Shown one piece after another: positions 36,022-46,143 of a DNA stretch of 64,000 bases. The translations under genes were made by a program, and so were the position numbers. The DNA lies in NCBI GenBank assembly GCA_038046725.1, contig JBBSVQ010000018.1:24168-88167 (forward strand). The letters are read 5' to 3'. Origin of the DNA: Thermoplasmatota archaeon (lineage in GTDB: Archaea > Thermoplasmatota > E2 > JACPAO01 > JAHFTW01). Below the pieces are notes generated by a model. That model searched no databases and was not told the DNA's origin. It saw only the letters and a list, made by a program, of their open reading frames with translations. Positions within the stretch are counted from its first letter, which is position 1; every line of letters begins with the position of its first letter.

Positions 36022-36534
36022 GTGCGCGCCCTCGTGGTCGGTCGCTTTCAGCCGGTCCACAAAGGCCACGTCGCACTCATCGCCCGCGCCCTCGAGGATT
36101 GCCAGCAGGTCGTCGTCGGCATCGGCTCGGCGGCATCGAAGACCAGCTTGCGCAACCCGTTCACGGCCGCGGAACGCAGGCAGCTCATCGCAGCGGCCTT
36201 CCCGCAGGAAGTCGCCTCCGGCCGGCTGACCATCGTTGACGTTCCGGACATCAACAATCCGCCACGTTGGGTCGAGCACGTCATCGGCATCACCGGGGCA
36301 ATCGACCGCGTCTTCGGCAACGACGACGACACGTTGGCCCTCTTCGACATGGCCAACATCCCGGTCGCGTCTCCCGGGCTCATGGACCGCGAGCGCTGCG
36401 AAGCCAGCACCATCCGCGTTCAGCTTGCGGAAGACGACCCGGCCTGGCGCAAAGCCGTCCCCGCAGCCGTCGCCGCTTTGCTCGACCAGTGGGGCGCCGG
36501 GCGCCGCCTGCGCGGCCTGGAGGCGGTGGCGTGA
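36022..36534 (+). CDS. nadM: Nicotinamide-nucleotide adenylyltransferase
   Basis: GRFQPVHKGH, RNPFTAAER, EASTIR. Confidence 0.9.
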   Translation: MRALVVGRFQPVHKGHVALIARALEDCQQVVVGIGSAASKTSLRNPFTAAERRQLIAAAFPQEVASGRLTIVDVPDINNPPRWVEHVIGITGAIDRVFGNDDDTLALFDMANIPVASPGLMDRERCEASTIRVQLAEDDPAWRKAVPAAVAALLDQWGAGRRLRGLEAVA

Positions 36535-37037
36535 CCATTGACGCTGGGGCCCGCAAGCTCGTCGAGCGCATGGAGCGCGACAGCCTCACCCTCGCCGTGG
36601 CGGAGAGTTGCACGGGCGGCCTCGTTGGCGGCCGCATCACGGAGGTCCCGGGGGCAAGCAAGACGTTCCTCGGAGGCGTCGTCGCGTACGCCAACGACGT
36701 CAAGGTCGCCCAACTCGGCGTCGATCCCGCCCTCTTCGCCGACGGGCATGGCGCGGTGTCCGCCGCGGTGGCGACGGCCATGGCGCACGGCGTTCGCAGC
36801 AAGTTCGGCGCGAAGCTCGCCATCGCGGTCACGGGGATTGCGGGCCCGCACGGTGGAACGGCTGGCAAGCCCATCGGCACGGTGTGGCTTGCGGCCCTTG
36901 GTCCCGGCGACCTCGTCAACGTCCACCGCATCCACGCCGAAGGCGACCGAGCGGCCGTTCGGGCCAAGGCCGTCGACGAGGCCATTCGCTTGTTGGAGCG
37001 CAACATCAGCGAGGCAGAGAACGAGGAGATTGTCTAG
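36531..37037 (+). CDS. cinA: CinA C-terminal-type NMN deamidase (PncC family)
   Basis: LAVAESCTGG, VAYANDVK, GAVS, VTGIAGP. Confidence 0.9.
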   Translation: MTIDAGARKLVERMERDSLTLAVAESCTGGLVGGRITEVPGASKTFLGGVVAYANDVKVAQLGVDPALFADGHGAVSAAVATAMAHGVRSKFGAKLAIAVTGIAGPHGGTAGKPIGTVWLAALGPGDLVNVHRIHAEGDRAAVRAKAVDEAIRLLERNISEAENEEIV

Positions 37038-37050
37038 ACCCGGTCCGCGG

Positions 37051-37998
37051 TCAAGTGCCGTAGCGGCGCTTGCGGCGCTGGTACTCCTCGATGGCGTGCA
37101 GGAATTCCCGCTTGTTGAGCTCGGGCCAGTTCACGTCCGCGAAGTACAGTTCGGCGTACGCCATTTGCCACAGGAGGAAGTTCGAGACGCGCTCCTCGCC
37201 GCTCGTGCGGATGATGAAGTCCGGGTCCGGCAGGTCGCCCGTGTAGAGGCGGCGGCTGATGGTGTCCGCCGTGATGGCGTTGGGGTCGAGCACGCCGGTC
37301 TTGGCATCCATCGCGATGCGTTTGACGGCTTCGACGATCTCCTGGCGGCCCCCATACGCGATGGCCACGTTGAACGAGTACGCGTCGTAGGTGCGCGTGG
37401 CATCCATAACGAGGTCGGCCGCGGTGCGCACCTCCGTGGGCAGCAAGTCGAGGTCGCCGATGCAGCGCACGCGAATCTTGTTCTTGTGCACGCGTTCGTC
37501 GACGGCCATCTTGCGGAAGTTGTGCTCGAAGAGCTCCATCAGCAGTTCGCGTTCCGGGGCGGCGCGCTGGAAGTTCTCCGTCGAGAAGGCGTAGACGGTG
37601 AGGACCTTGATCCCGAGCTCAAGGCACCAGTCGAGGACATTCTCCAAGCGTTCCTGGCCGGCGACGTGGCCCATGGCGACGTCCCCGAGCCCAAGAAGGC
37701 GCGCGAAGCGACGGTTTCCGTCCATGATGATGCCGACGTGGTGCGGGACGGCGGCCTTCTTGATGCGGGCCTCGGCCTGCCGCACGCGGATGCGGTCGAT
37801 GCGGCTGACCACCGACCATGCAAGGCCGGAGTTGGCCACCCGACTGGCTGGGCCGCGAACGACCTTGTAGCGCAGGAGCGCCTTGGCCAAATCGTCCACC
37901 TTGCGCCCGGCTGCACCTTCCAGTTGCCGGATGCGGTCGCCCACGGCGTCTCCACCCGCACGCCATATTTCAGACCGGAGGGAACGAAGTCGTTTCAC
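37051..37998 (-). CDS. uppS: cis-prenyltransferase (polyprenyl diphosphate synthase)
   Basis: HVGIIMDGNRRFA, YAFSTENF, YGGRQEI, IRTSGEERVSNFLLWQ; start uncertain. Confidence 0.94.
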   Translation of the reverse strand: MKRLRSLRSEIWRAGGDAVGDRIRQLEGAAGRKVDDLAKALLRYKVVRGPASRVANSGLAWSVVSRIDRIRVRQAEARIKKAAVPHHVGIIMDGNRRFARLLGLGDVAMGHVAGQERLENVLDWCLELGIKVLTVYAFSTENFQRAAPERELLMELFEHNFRKMAVDERVHKNKIRVRCIGDLDLLPTEVRTAADLVMDATRTYDAYSFNVAIAYGGRQEIVEAVKRIAMDAKTGVLDPNAITADTISRRLYTGDLPDPDFIIRTSGEERVSNFLLWQMAYAELYFADVNWPELNKREFLHAIEEYQRRKRRYGT

Positions 37999-38042
37999 CC
38001 AACCCGCCCGAGGTGCCTTGGCCTGATGCCCGGTGAAGGCGC

Positions 38043-39290
38043 ATGCACGGGCCGGCGCAGGAGGGGGCCACGCAGGCCACGCCGCCCCAGCGCGTCGTCT
38101 TCCACGTCGACATGGACGCCTTCTACGCCGCCGTCGAGATGCGCGACGACCCGCGCCTGCGCCACGTGCCCGTCGTCATCGGCGCCGACCCCAGCGGCGG
38201 CCAAGGACGCGGCGTGGTGTGCACGGCGAACTATCCCGCACGCACGTTCGGCATCCGCAGCGCCATGCCCATCAGCCAGGCCTGGCGCCTCGCCCCGCAC
38301 GCCGTCTTCATCCGACCAGACTTCTCCAAGTACGGGCCCGCCAGCGACGCCGTCATGCAGGTGCTGGAACGCTACGCCGACGTCCTTGAAGTCGTCGGGA
38401 TGGACGAGGCCTACCTCGACATGACGGCCAAGTGCGCCACCCCCGACGGGCAGCTTGACTGGGACCTTGCCCGCAGCCTGGCGCGCAGCCTGCAAGCGGC
38501 CGTCGCCCGCGAAACTGGTCTGTCCTGTTCCGTCGGCGTCGCTCCCTCCAAGGCCGTGGCCAAGATTGCAACCGACCGCCGCAAGCCGCACGGCGTCACG
38601 CCGGTGCGGCCGGACGAGGTTCGCGCCTTCCTCGACCCCCTCGCCGTGCGCTGCATCAGCGGCTGCGGCCCAAAGACGGCCGCCGCCCTCAACGAGGACG
38701 GCATCCGCACCATCGCCGACTTGGCCGGAACGAGCCCGGACGAGTTGGAGCGCCGCTTCGGATCGCATGGGCGCTGGCTGCATCAGCTTGCGCTTGGCTT
38801 GGATGCGCGGCCCGTGGTCTCGGACCACGGTCCGCGCAAGAGCCGCGGCAACGAGACGACGTTCCTGCGCGATGCGGCGCGCGCCGACGAGGTGCTCCGA
38901 GTCGCAGGCGACCTCCTCGAAGAAACCCTCGACGTCCATGACCGGCGCGACCGCCGAGCCTTCACCACGCTAACGGTCAAAGTGCGCTACGCCGACTACA
39001 CGACGTTGACCCGGGCGCACAGCGTGGACGTGCCCTTCGAGATGGACCGCAGCGACACCCCTGCACGGGCCTGGGCCGTGGCCAAGGCCTTGCTCGGCCC
39101 CCTGCTTGACGGCCGCGCCGTGCGCCTCGTCGGCGTCCGGCTGACGAACTTCCTCGAGCCGACTGGGCAGCGCCCCTTGTCCGTGTACGGCTTCGGCGTG
39201 GCGGAACCGGTCGTCAGGCCGCGGCACCGCGCCGAGAAGCCCTGGGGCGCCTTCGACCCGGGCGGGCTCCGGCAGCTCCTTCTGGCCTGA
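38043..39290 (+). CDS. dinB: Y-family DNA polymerase IV
   Basis: FHVDMDAFYAAVE, CTANYPAR.FGIRSAMP, GMDEAYLD, AKIATDRRKPHG, KSRGNETTF. Confidence 0.95.
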   Translation: MHGPAQEGATQATPPQRVVFHVDMDAFYAAVEMRDDPRLRHVPVVIGADPSGGQGRGVVCTANYPARTFGIRSAMPISQAWRLAPHAVFIRPDFSKYGPASDAVMQVLERYADVLEVVGMDEAYLDMTAKCATPDGQLDWDLARSLARSLQAAVARETGLSCSVGVAPSKAVAKIATDRRKPHGVTPVRPDEVRAFLDPLAVRCISGCGPKTAAALNEDGIRTIADLAGTSPDELERRFGSHGRWLHQLALGLDARPVVSDHGPRKSRGNETTFLRDAARADEVLRVAGDLLEETLDVHDRRDRRAFTTLTVKVRYADYTTLTRAHSVDVPFEMDRSDTPARAWAVAKALLGPLLDGRAVRLVGVRLTNFLEPTGQRPLSVYGFGVAEPVVRPRHRAEKPWGAFDPGGLRQLLLA

Positions 39291-39303
39291 CGACGGCGCC
39301 CGG

Positions 39304-39366
39304 ACAGGGATGACGGGGAGATCGGGGATGACGAACCACATCCCCGGGCATCACCGAGATCCCTGT
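39304..39366. repeat. Family A-like hairpin (GGGATG units)
   Basis: ACAGGGATGACGGGGAGATCGGGGATG ... CATCCCCGGGCATCACCGAGATCCCTGT. Confidence 0.7.
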
Positions 39367-39415
39367 TTCGTCGGTCGTCGGTCACCGGGCTCCACGGGAA
39401 GGGGACCTTGGACGC

Positions 39416-40777
39416 ATGGGCATGCTCATGACTGGAGCCGGGGTCGCCCAGCCGATGAAGCCGGTCGAGGCCGCCGATGCCGTCCGAGTCGCCGCCAAGC
39501 GCAGCACGCAGCTCTTCCGCGACGGCCTGCCCATGATTGCGTCGGAAAACATCATCTCGCCCCGCGTGGCGGAGATGTTGGTCACGGACCTGCATGGCCG
39601 CTACGCCGAAGGCCTGCCCGGCAAGCGCTACTACCAAGGCTGCAAGGATTTCGACACCATCGAAGCCCTTGGCATGCAATTGGCGCAGCAGGTCTTCCGC
39701 TGCCGCTTCGCCAACATCCAGTCCACCTCCGGCACCGTATCCAACCTGGCCGTGCTGAAGTCTCTCGCCAAACCCGGGGACGCCATCACGGCGGTTTCCA
39801 CGGCGGACGGCGGCCACATCAGCCACGCTCCCATGGGCGCCGTCGGCATGCGCGGCCTCGAGTTGCACACGTACCCTTGGAACGTCGACCGCATGGAGCC
39901 CGACGTCGACGGCTCGCTGAAACTCATCCGGCAAATCAAGCCCAAGCTGGCCTGGTTCGGCCAATCCATGTTCCTCTTCCCGACGCCCATGAAGGAACTC
40001 GCCGACGCCGCCCACGAGGTCGGATCCACCGTTGTGTACGACGGCGCGCACGTGCTCGGCCTCATCGGCGGCGGCCAGTTCCAGGACCCCCTGCGCGAAG
40101 GCGCCGACGTCCTCACCGGCAGCAGCCACAAGACCTTCCCCGGCCCCCAAGGCGGCTTCGTCCTGTCCGACACGGCTGACGAGAAGCAGCAGCGCAAGCT
40201 GCATTCCGGCGTCTTCCCCGGCGTCGTGTCGTCCTACCACCTGCACCACGTCGCCGGCAAAGTCGTCGCCCTCGCGGAATTCCAGGAGCACGGCGCCCAG
40301 TACGCAAAGGACACCGTCGCCAACGCCCAGGCCCTCGGCGCGGCCCTCGCGGAGCGCGGCTTCGACGTACTCGCCGCCGACCGTGGCTTCACGCGCAGCC
40401 ACCAAGTCGTCACCCGGCACGGCACGCAGGACTCCGGCGCCGGCGCCAAGGCCGCGGCGAAGCTCGAGGATGCGGGAATCATCACGAACATGAACATGCT
40501 TCCCGGCGACACCAAGCCGCTGACGCCGTCGGGGCTGCGGCTGGGCGTGCAGGAGCTCACGCGCGTCGGCATGGGCACGCGCGAGATGGCGCAGGTCGCC
40601 GACTTCTATGCCCGCGTCCTCGTCAAGGGCGAGGACCCAGCCAAGGTCAAGGCCGACGTGAAGGCGTTCAAGGGCCGCTTCCAGGCCGTGAAGTACTGCT
40701 TCAACCCGGAGAACCTCGGCGGGTACGAGTACTACGAGATCGCCAAGAAGCAGCCCAGCCTGGCGAAGTTCGTCTAG
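39416..40777 (+). CDS. glyA: Serine hydroxymethyltransferase
   Basis: MIASENI, YAEGLPGKRYYQG, GGHISH, GSSHKTFPGPQGG; start uncertain. Confidence 0.95.
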   Translation: MGMLMTGAGVAQPMKPVEAADAVRVAAKRSTQLFRDGLPMIASENIISPRVAEMLVTDLHGRYAEGLPGKRYYQGCKDFDTIEALGMQLAQQVFRCRFANIQSTSGTVSNLAVLKSLAKPGDAITAVSTADGGHISHAPMGAVGMRGLELHTYPWNVDRMEPDVDGSLKLIRQIKPKLAWFGQSMFLFPTPMKELADAAHEVGSTVVYDGAHVLGLIGGGQFQDPLREGADVLTGSSHKTFPGPQGGFVLSDTADEKQQRKLHSGVFPGVVSSYHLHHVAGKVVALAEFQEHGAQYAKDTVANAQALGAALAERGFDVLAADRGFTRSHQVVTRHGTQDSGAGAKAAAKLEDAGIITNMNMLPGDTKPLTPSGLRLGVQELTRVGMGTREMAQVADFYARVLVKGEDPAKVKADVKAFKGRFQAVKYCFNPENLGGYEYYEIAKKQPSLAKFV

Positions 40778-40858
40778 CCGCCACGCCCGCCCCCAAAGCT
40801 CCTCCTCCCAAGCCACAGATTTCGCAGATCAACGCAGATGTTGGACCAGCGGACGACG

Positions 40859-41045
40859 GCGCGCGTTCCTCCTCGCAATCGCCCAGCGTCTTCCGACGCC
40901 GACGTCGTGGGTTTGCACGTGCTGGATGCTGCGAAACGCCGCGCAAAGCGCGGCGAGCGGCGCCCCGCGCCGCCAATCTGCGTCATCGGCTAGCCGTGCC
41001 CGGAGTCGTCACAAGGAGGTTGACTGGCATGGCATGAACGGGCGC
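40859..41045 (-). mobile_element. Family B MITE-like element
   Basis: GCGCGCGTTC...GTCTTCCGACGCCGAC; core GCGGCGCCCCGCGCCGCCA; GTCACAAGGAGGTTGAC...GAACGGGCGC. Confidence 0.75.
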
Positions 41046-41133
41046 CGTCGTGCACTCGGAACCAGGGGCCCGGGCGCAATCGGTAGGGGGCACGGGAAAC
41101 GCCTAGGACCCCCCAGAGGTGGCACGCCTGACA

Positions 41134-41655
41134 ATGGTCCGCATCGCCCTCACTGGCACCCCCGGCGTCGGCAAGACCAGCCTCGCCAAGGTTGCCGCCG
41201 AGCACGGCTGGCGCGTCGTGGACGTCAAGGCCTGGGCGCGGGCGGAGGGCTGCATCGCCGGCCACGATGCCGAGGACGAGGCGGACGCCATCGACGTCGA
41301 AGCCCTCGCGGAGCGCGTGCCGGCGGACGATGGCTCGAACGTCCTGTACGAAGGCCACCTCAGCCACTTCCTCGACCTCGACGAAGCCTGGGTCGTGCGC
41401 TGCGATCCGGCGGTCCTGCGCGGCCGCCTGGTGGCGCGCGGCTACCGCCCAGCCAAAGTGGTGGAGAACCTTGAGGCCGAAGCCCTGGACATCATCTTGC
41501 AGGAGGCCCTCGACGTGGTGCCCCGCGTCATCCAGAGGGACGGCACGCGCCGGAGGCCCGAAGCCCTTTTTGCGGCATTTGCCGACTCCCCTCGCGCAGC
41601 CGCTAAAGGCCACGACCTGGAACCGGTCGACTGGAGCAGCCAGCTCCCCTTCTGA
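41134..41655 (+). CDS. AK6/Fap7-type adenylate kinase
   Basis: ALTGTPGVGKTS, EGHLSH, RC.P..L..RL..RGY...KV.EN.EAE. Confidence 0.88.
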   Translation: MVRIALTGTPGVGKTSLAKVAAEHGWRVVDVKAWARAEGCIAGHDAEDEADAIDVEALAERVPADDGSNVLYEGHLSHFLDLDEAWVVRCDPAVLRGRLVARGYRPAKVVENLEAEALDIILQEALDVVPRVIQRDGTRRRPEALFAAFADSPRAAAKGHDLEPVDWSSQLPF

Positions 41656-41730
41656 GACAGGCCACAACCCTCCTCTCTGACGGCTTCCCCCACCCTCCCC
41701 CAACCCAACCGAACCCCCGCGTGTTGCCTG

Positions 41731-42387
41731 ATGGTTTTGGACAATTACCGCACGACCCTCGACTGGTGGCTGGTGCCGCTGGCCAAGGCCTTTCGCCACA
41801 TCCACCCGGATGTCTTCACCTGGCTCAGCCTCGTTGCCGCCGTCGCCGGCGGTGTGGCATTCTGGAAGTCGGACGCCACCGACGCCGGCTTGCCCCTGCT
41901 GCTTGCCGCCTGGGCCTGTGTCCTGCTCAACTCCGTCCTCGACCTCCTCGACGGCAAGGTCGCCAAGCTCACCGGCAAGGCCACGCCGCGCGGCGACTAC
42001 CTCGACCACGCCATCGACCGCTTCAGCGACACGTTGTTCCTGCTCGGCATCGCCTTCAGCGGATGGGCCCGCCTCGAGATCGGCGTCCTCGCCCTGACCG
42101 GGACGCTGCTCACCTCGTACATGGGGACGCAGGCGCAAGCCGTGGGCCTGAAGCGCAACTACTCGGGACTGCTGGGCCGCGCCGATCGCATGGTCCTGAT
42201 GCTCATCATCCCCGTCGCCGACTGGTTTTGGGCCCGCCAAGACTACGCCGCCCCATGGGAATCCGTCGGGTTCCAGTCGATGCTGGAAATCATGTTGGCG
42301 TACTTCGCCCTCATGGGGATCCTCACGACGGCGCAGCGCTTCATCGGCGGCCTGCGCGGCTTCGGGGCCGACGGCCGCGTCAAGTAG
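41731..42387 (+). CDS. CDP-alcohol phosphatidyltransferase (archaeal polar-lipid synthase family)
   Basis: DLLDGKVAK.TG..TPRGDYLDHAIDRFSD signature. Confidence 0.9.
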   Translation: MVLDNYRTTLDWWLVPLAKAFRHIHPDVFTWLSLVAAVAGGVAFWKSDATDAGLPLLLAAWACVLLNSVLDLLDGKVAKLTGKATPRGDYLDHAIDRFSDTLFLLGIAFSGWARLEIGVLALTGTLLTSYMGTQAQAVGLKRNYSGLLGRADRMVLMLIIPVADWFWARQDYAAPWESVGFQSMLEIMLAYFALMGILTTAQRFIGGLRGFGADGRVK

Positions 42388-42426
42388 CCGCGCCAACCCC
42401 GGATTGGTCGCGGCAGGTCGCCCGCC

Positions 42427-42488
42427 AACCACGAATTGCACGAATGGCACGAAACCGCCAATTCGTGGGCTTCGTGCAATTCGTGGTT
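42427..42488. repeat. Family A hairpin (CACGAAT units)
   Basis: AACCACGAATTGCACGAATGGCACGAA ... TTCGTGGGCTTCGTGCAATTCGTGGTT. Confidence 0.88.
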
Positions 42489-42494
42489 CAGCGT

Positions 42495-43124
42495 TCAGCG
42501 CAGGCGCAGACTGACCGCCACGCCGTCTCGCACCGGCATGAGCGTGCTCAGGAAGGCCGGGTCCGTGAAGGCGCGGTGGTTGTACTCCTTGACGGCCTTC
42601 GTCGCCGCGTCCTTTGACTTCAGGAGAACCTTCCCTTGCCAAAGCGAGTTGTCCGTGATGACGAGGCCGCCGACGCGCACGCGCTTGCGCGCCAAGTCCC
42701 AGGCGTCGACGTAGTCTTCCTTGTCGATGTCGATGAAGACGACGTCGTTGAGGTGCTTGTCGACCTTCAGCAAGTCGCAGGCGTCCCCCAGGCGGAAGTC
42801 CACGCGGCGCACCAGCTTCCCCTTGCGCAGCCACTGCATGGCCTCGCGGGACAGCGCCTCATCGGTCTCGGTGTGCACGACGGTGCCCCCAGCGCCGACG
42901 GCGCGGGCGAACCACGCCGTGGAGTAGCCGAAGCCGGAGCCAAGTTCGAAGACGCGCTTGGCATGGATGGAGCGCGCCAATTGCTCGCACAGGCGCCCGA
43001 CGAGCGGCCCAATGATGGGGAAGCCGCGCTTCTCGCCCGACAGGCGCATGGCCTGCAGGACGGCATCTGGGGACGGCTGCAGGTCGCGCAGGTACAGCTC
43101 GATGCCCGGGTCCACGAGGTCCAT
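42495..43124 (-). CDS. O-methyltransferase (caffeoyl-CoA OMT-like)
   Basis: FELGSGFGYS, FIDIDK..Y, TDNSLWQG. Confidence 0.88.
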   Translation of the reverse strand: MDLVDPGIELYLRDLQPSPDAVLQAMRLSGEKRGFPIIGPLVGRLCEQLARSIHAKRVFELGSGFGYSTAWFARAVGAGGTVVHTETDEALSREAMQWLRKGKLVRRVDFRLGDACDLLKVDKHLNDVVFIDIDKEDYVDAWDLARKRVRVGGLVITDNSLWQGKVLLKSKDAATKAVKEYNHRAFTDPAFLSTLMPVRDGVAVSLRLR

Positions 43125-43161
43125 CGCGAGGACATCGCGTCCTTCGGCATGAACCTTGCCG

Positions 43162-43827
43162 CTACACGCGCTCGTTGACGCACATCTGGACGTGCTGCAA
43201 ACTCGCCGCCACGCTGCGTTTGGCCGCGTCGCCTTCCGGGCTTGCCCCGTGTCCCGGATGCAGCACGCGCACCGGGAGCTTGCCCAGACGCTTGATGCTG
43301 GCGTCCATGACTTTCAGGTCGCCGTCGGGGAAGTCGAAGCGTCCAATGCCGCCGTCCGCGAACAACGTGTCGCCCGAGAACAGGGTTCCACTGGCCTCGT
43401 TCCAATAACACGTCGCCCCCGGTGCGTGGCCGGGCGTCTCGAGGACGGCGAAGGGTGCGCCGCCGAACGTCACGGTGTCGCCGTCGGAGACGACGTCGTC
43501 GACGGTGAGTTGCACGATGCGTGCCCCGAAGCGCTCGGAAGTGGGGTCGCGGCCAGTGAAGAGTTTTTCGGCGCAGCGCGGGCTGGCCACGATGCGGGCG
43601 CCGAGGGACTTGTAGTGCGGCAAGCCGTTGACGTGGTCGAGGTGCTCATGCGTCACGGCGACGCACTTGATGCGGTGCGGGTCCGTGACGGCCGCGATTT
43701 CCTTCAGGACGTTTTGGAAATCCATGCCGTGGCCGGCGTCAACCATGTCGTAGGAATTGCTGGTCGGGTCCTTGACGAGGAATTGGTTGCAGTCCCAGCC
43801 ACGGCCACCAAGCCGGAGCACGTTCAT
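43162..43827 (-). CDS. Metallo-beta-lactamase-fold hydrolase
   Basis: THEHLDH, TPGHAPG, FSGD, HPGHG. Confidence 0.9.
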   Translation of the reverse strand: MNVLRLGGRGWDCNQFLVKDPTSNSYDMVDAGHGMDFQNVLKEIAAVTDPHRIKCVAVTHEHLDHVNGLPHYKSLGARIVASPRCAEKLFTGRDPTSERFGARIVQLTVDDVVSDGDTVTFGGAPFAVLETPGHAPGATCYWNEASGTLFSGDTLFADGGIGRFDFPDGDLKVMDASIKRLGKLPVRVLHPGHGASPEGDAAKRSVAASLQHVQMCVNERV

Positions 43828-44939
43828 GTGGGTTGCACCGCGGGTTTCTTGGCGGCCAGGAACAGCAGCGCCTGGCCGGCGCATGCCCCGATGGCGCTTG
43901 CCAGGTTCGATAGGGGATTCGTCAATTGGTACGCCGCAAATCCGCGCGTCGCGTCCTCGGGGCTGGATTCCTCGCCCCAGTGGCGCACGACGGCCTCGAA
44001 GACGCGCGCCTGCAGGTCGTCGCGTGCCTTGGCCGAGTCCGCCACGACGGCGCCAAGGGCCGCGAGGTCGCTGTCGCGCAAGGCCGGCAGAAGGCGGCCA
44101 AGCAAATCGCGGGCTTCGCGAACCGCCGTCCGGTGGCCCTGCAGGATGTCGCGGGCGACGGGGGGCTGCGGGTCCCGTTTGGGCAGGCGGCGAAGGACGT
44201 CCTCGCGCGGGTAGGCGAGGTCCTGCAGGCTGAGGCCGAGATCGCGTAGGACGGTTTGTGCGATGGCGAGCGCCTGCGACCCGACGCCGTCGAGCAGGAA
44301 GGCCGCCATGTCCAGGAGTTGGAAGTCGCTGACGGATTCGAGGGGGAGGTCGAGGGTGGCGACGCGGCGGAGGGTCTGGTGCAGGATGCGCGAGACGTCC
44401 TCCTCCTGGATGGATTGCAGCAGGCGGGCGGCGTGCACGACGCGTTCGGGGTCGTTGCTGGCGTGCTCGACGCATTCGGCGGCCAGGTCCAGGGTCTGCG
44501 TCAGGCGCGCGCCCATGACCTGCAACAGGTCTGTCGGCGGGTTGCTTCCCCCGGGCGGCATGGTGAATCCGATGAGGTCGGGGCCGACGGTGGCGACGAT
44601 GCGTTCGTCGAGGTGGCGCAGGAGGTCGCGAGCGGCGGCAATGGCGTCGTTGGGGAAGCGGTCCGTTGGCCGCAACTCGACTTTCTCGTAGCCGCGCACG
44701 TAGGCGGACAGGAGCGTGATGCGCAGGAGGGGGACGCCTGCGGGCGCGGTGGCCACGTAGGTTCGGTCCTGCACGACGGGGACGATGAGCAGGGAGCCCG
44801 AGATGAGGTGCAAGTCGACCTCGCGGCCTTCCTGTTGCTGCTGCGTCCAACTGTCGATCCACTTCTTCGGCAGGTACACCGACCAGGCGCCGGACCCGAC
44901 GCGGGTGACGCGCTTGCGCTTGATGGGTTCCACAATCAT
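43824..44939 (-). CDS. AbrB-PhoU-type archaeal regulator
   Basis: RVTRVGSGAWSVYLPKKW AbrB-like N-terminus, then helical PhoU-like repeats. Confidence 0.7.
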   Translation of the reverse strand: MIVEPIKRKRVTRVGSGAWSVYLPKKWIDSWTQQQQEGREVDLHLISGSLLIVPVVQDRTYVATAPAGVPLLRITLLSAYVRGYEKVELRPTDRFPNDAIAAARDLLRHLDERIVATVGPDLIGFTMPPGGSNPPTDLLQVMGARLTQTLDLAAECVEHASNDPERVVHAARLLQSIQEEDVSRILHQTLRRVATLDLPLESVSDFQLLDMAAFLLDGVGSQALAIAQTVLRDLGLSLQDLAYPREDVLRRLPKRDPQPPVARDILQGHRTAVREARDLLGRLLPALRDSDLAALGAVVADSAKARDDLQARVFEAVVRHWGEESSPEDATRGFAAYQLTNPLSNLASAIGACAGQALLFLAAKKPAVQPT

Positions 44940-44971
44940 GCAGAACGCAGCGGACTTACGTAAGTCTGGCG

Positions 44972-46018
44972 TTAGCTGTTGAACATCGGGTCGCGCTTGG
45001 ACTTCCACAACTCGAGGGGGTCGCGCTCGAGCTCTTCCTCATGCGTGGGCAGCATCTTGACGATGGCCTGCTTGAGTTCGTCCACGCCTTTGCCGGTGTG
45101 GACGCTGAAGCTGACGCGGTCCGACGCCGGCGCCGCGCGCTCCACGTCGGCCTTCGTTTCGGCCACGAGCAACGGGATGCCGGCCATCTCGCGCTTGACT
45201 TGGGCGAGGAGGCTCTCCTGCTCGGCCATGGAGTAGCCGGAGAGGACGGTCGGATCGATGAGGAACAGGACGGCATCCGCCGTGTGGCGCAGGGCCGCAA
45301 CGGCTTGGCGTTCGACGGGGTTGCGCTTGGCGTCGGGGCGGTCGAGCAGGCCGGGCGTGTCCACGACCTGGACCTTCACGGGTGGCTCGCCGGGGCCGCC
45401 GGGGACCTCGAAGTGGCCGACGTTGGCGTTCTTCGTCGTGAAGGCGTACGCGGCAATCTCGGGGTGCGCCTTCGTCCACGCCGCAAGCAGGCTCGACTTG
45501 CCCACGTTGGGGAAGCCGGCGATGACGACGGTTGCGTACTCGGGGTGGACCTGGGGGAGCATGCGAACGGTGTCGCGGGCCTTGCCGAGGAAGGCCAAGT
45601 CAGCCTCGACGTCGTACAGGATGCTGGAGCAGCGGCCGGAGAAGCGGCGCTTCTGCTGCTGGATGCCAAGCGTCGTGCGTTCGCGGCGCATGGCGGCGGA
45701 GACCTCCTGGTACACTTGGCCAATGGTCTCCTCGGCCCACTGGATGTTGGCGAGCGACTTCTTGAGCTGGTCCATGCCGACGAGGATGTCGAGGACTTCC
45801 TGCTCGTACTGCGGCAGACGCTCCAAGGTGGGAACCGAGTCGAGGAAGCGCTGCAGGTCCTCCCGCGTTGACTCCGCGATGTGCTTCATCTGGACCTCCT
45901 CCGTCTTGCGGATGCGATGGTACTTGTCCGGGTCCGGGACCTCGAGCTTGTTCGCCTTGAGGAACGCCTTGTCCAGGATCTCCTGTGCCGTCAAGACGGT
46001 CGGCACACGGTCCAGCAT
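44972..46018 (-). CDS. NOG1-family GTP-binding protein
   Basis: AGFPNVGKSS, YAFTTK, DTPGLLDRP, ETKAD. Confidence 0.9.
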   Translation of the reverse strand: MLDRVPTVLTAQEILDKAFLKANKLEVPDPDKYHRIRKTEEVQMKHIAESTREDLQRFLDSVPTLERLPQYEQEVLDILVGMDQLKKSLANIQWAEETIGQVYQEVSAAMRRERTTLGIQQQKRRFSGRCSSILYDVEADLAFLGKARDTVRMLPQVHPEYATVVIAGFPNVGKSSLLAAWTKAHPEIAAYAFTTKNANVGHFEVPGGPGEPPVKVQVVDTPGLLDRPDAKRNPVERQAVAALRHTADAVLFLIDPTVLSGYSMAEQESLLAQVKREMAGIPLLVAETKADVERAAPASDRVSFSVHTGKGVDELKQAIVKMLPTHEEELERDPLELWKSKRDPMFNS

Positions 46019-46143
46019 GGGCTTTCCGACAAGGGGGTCCTATATCATCGTGGTGGGCCTCGGATTCCCTCGGGTTCAACGATTTTTCCCCAGGATTCAA
46101 CGCATTTGGGCGTGAACCGACCCGGGTTCCTAGCAAGGCGAAC

